Source: Candidatus Limnocylindrales bacterium | Lineage (GTDB): Bacteria > Chloroflexota > Limnocylindria > Limnocylindrales > CSP1-4 | Assembly: GCA_050014975.1 (NCBI GenBank) | Contig: JBEKCH010000004.1 | Location: 9,505 to 73,504, forward strand | Direction: 5' to 3' | DNA: 64,000 nt | Shown: positions 63,194-64,000 of the stretch, one piece after another | Layout of the letters: the number at the start of each line of letters is the position of its first letter | Numbering within the stretch: position 1 is the stretch's first letter | The notes under the pieces: model-generated | What the model was told of the DNA's origin: nothing | The model's database searches: none | The model's input: the letters and a program-made list of their open reading frames with translations, nothing else | Translations under genes and position numbers: made by a program

Positions 63194-64000
63194 TCAGCTC
63201 TTCCCTGTCGGCGGCCCTCCACTCGATTGCCTGACGATGAGCTCGGTTTCCAGGACGACATGGCGGACTACCTGGTCCCGCGCGTCGATCGTCTGAAGCA
63301 GGACGTTGGCGAGTTCGCGACCCGTCACCTCCATTGACTGATGCACGCTCGAAAGGGCAGGCTGGGTCGAGAGGGCAATGATCGAGTCGTCGAAGCCGAC
63401 GACCGCGACGTCCTCGGGCACTCTCCTGCCGGCCGCGTGCAGCGCCGATAGCGCTCCTGCAGCCATCAGGTCCGACGCGGCGAATACCGCATCGATATCC
63501 GGGCACCGCTGGAGCAGGACCTCCATGGCGCGCTGACCACCCTCGCGGGTGAATCCGCCACTTTCTTCGAGATTCGGATCCGGCGTCCGCCCGGCGGCCC
63601 GAATTGCTTCGAGGAAACTCAGCCGGCGCGTGACTGCCGCCGGCATGTCTAGCGGACCGGTGATCGTGGCGATCCTGGTCCGCCCCTGCTCAATAAGATG
63701 GTTCACGGCCGCGATAGTGCCGCCGTGGTTGTCGGCGTCGACATTACTGACCCGTGCCCCGTGGGGCGGCTCACCGCCCACGACCACCGGGATGCCACGC
63801 GACTGGAGGTGCTCCGGCAGCGGGTCATCACCGTGCAGCGAAAACAGGATCACGCCATCGACGTGGCCACCGGTGAGGTAGCGCTCCGCCTGGCGTTCCT
63901 CCTCTGGAGACTGCGACATGACCAGGACTAGCGCTACTTCGCGCGCGGCCAGCCCCGCGCTGATGCCCCGCAAAACCTCCGCAAAGTACGGGTCGCCGAA
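63194..64000 (-). CDS. LacI-family transcriptional regulator; the N-terminal HTH lies beyond the window edge
   Basis: Periplasmic-binding-protein-like effector domain: VDGVILFS, GIPVVVGG, VDADNHGG, RIATITGP, DAVFAASDLMAAGAL, PEDVAVVGFDD. The ORF is open to position 64000. Confidence 0.8.
   Translation of the reverse strand, partial: FGDPYFAEVLRGISAGLAAREVALVLVMSQSPEEERQAERYLTGGHVDGVILFSLHGDDPLPEHLQSRGIPVVVGGEPPHGARVSNVDADNHGGTIAAVNHLIEQGRTRIATITGPLDMPAAVTRRLSFLEAIRAAGRTPDPNLEESGGFTREGGQRAMEVLLQRCPDIDAVFAASDLMAAGALSALHAAGRRVPEDVAVVGFDDSIIALSTQPALSSVHQSMEVTGRELANVLLQTIDARDQVVRHVVLETELIVRQSSGGPPTGKS

Overview
High-GC, densely coding bacterial chromosomal segment. It has one tRNA (Asp-GUC) and no rRNA, CRISPR array, transposase, integrase or phage genes that I can recognise. 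All coordinates, starts and motif calls were worked out by hand from the sequence and the ORF track. No database search was run.

Content in order:
- 1-7.5 kb: glutamine-synthetase-family fragment, two SDRs, ppgK, a ClbS/DinB-like protein, an RCK-gated K+ channel and an aldehyde dehydrogenase.
- 7.5-11.2 kb: two membrane-anchored proteins with Pro/Thr linkers. One carries a 7-bladed Kelch propeller.
- 11.3-14.2 kb: a stand-alone response regulator translationally coupled to murT-gatD.
- 14.2-21 kb: tRNA-Asp, folK, a PepSY-like lipoprotein, purH, a cupin and a NUDIX-GNAT fusion.
- 21.4-29.7 kb: a roughly 8-kb co-directional heat-shock block, hsp20-hspR-lon-two small paralogous ORFs-dnaJ/cbpA (frameshifted)-clpB. 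A HAIR-like palindrome lies only at its 5' end.
- 30.9-35.1 kb: a K+ module, APC permease-usp-trkA(N-only)-trkA.
- 35.3-47.4 kb: metallophosphoesterase, rsmG, an orphan csoR, hpt, a NYN/LabA nuclease-domain protein with a very long RGG-rich tail, holB, acylphosphatase and a translationally coupled three-gene set ending in an acyl-ACP thioesterase.
- 51.5-64 kb: a visibly lower-GC sugar locus, lacI-ABC transporter-GH116-1168-aa GH94-like protein-GH3. The GH3 gene has an in-frame TGA.

The gene set (HspR/HAIR, PpgK, MurT/GatD, a ceoB/ceoC-like arrangement) suggests Actinomycetota or another high-GC Terrabacteria lineage. I cannot resolve this further.

The most promising unexplained item is the pair of tandem paralogous micro-ORFs between lon and dnaJ. 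Many long ORFs in the supplied track are antisense or out-of-frame shadows typical of high-GC DNA and are not called.
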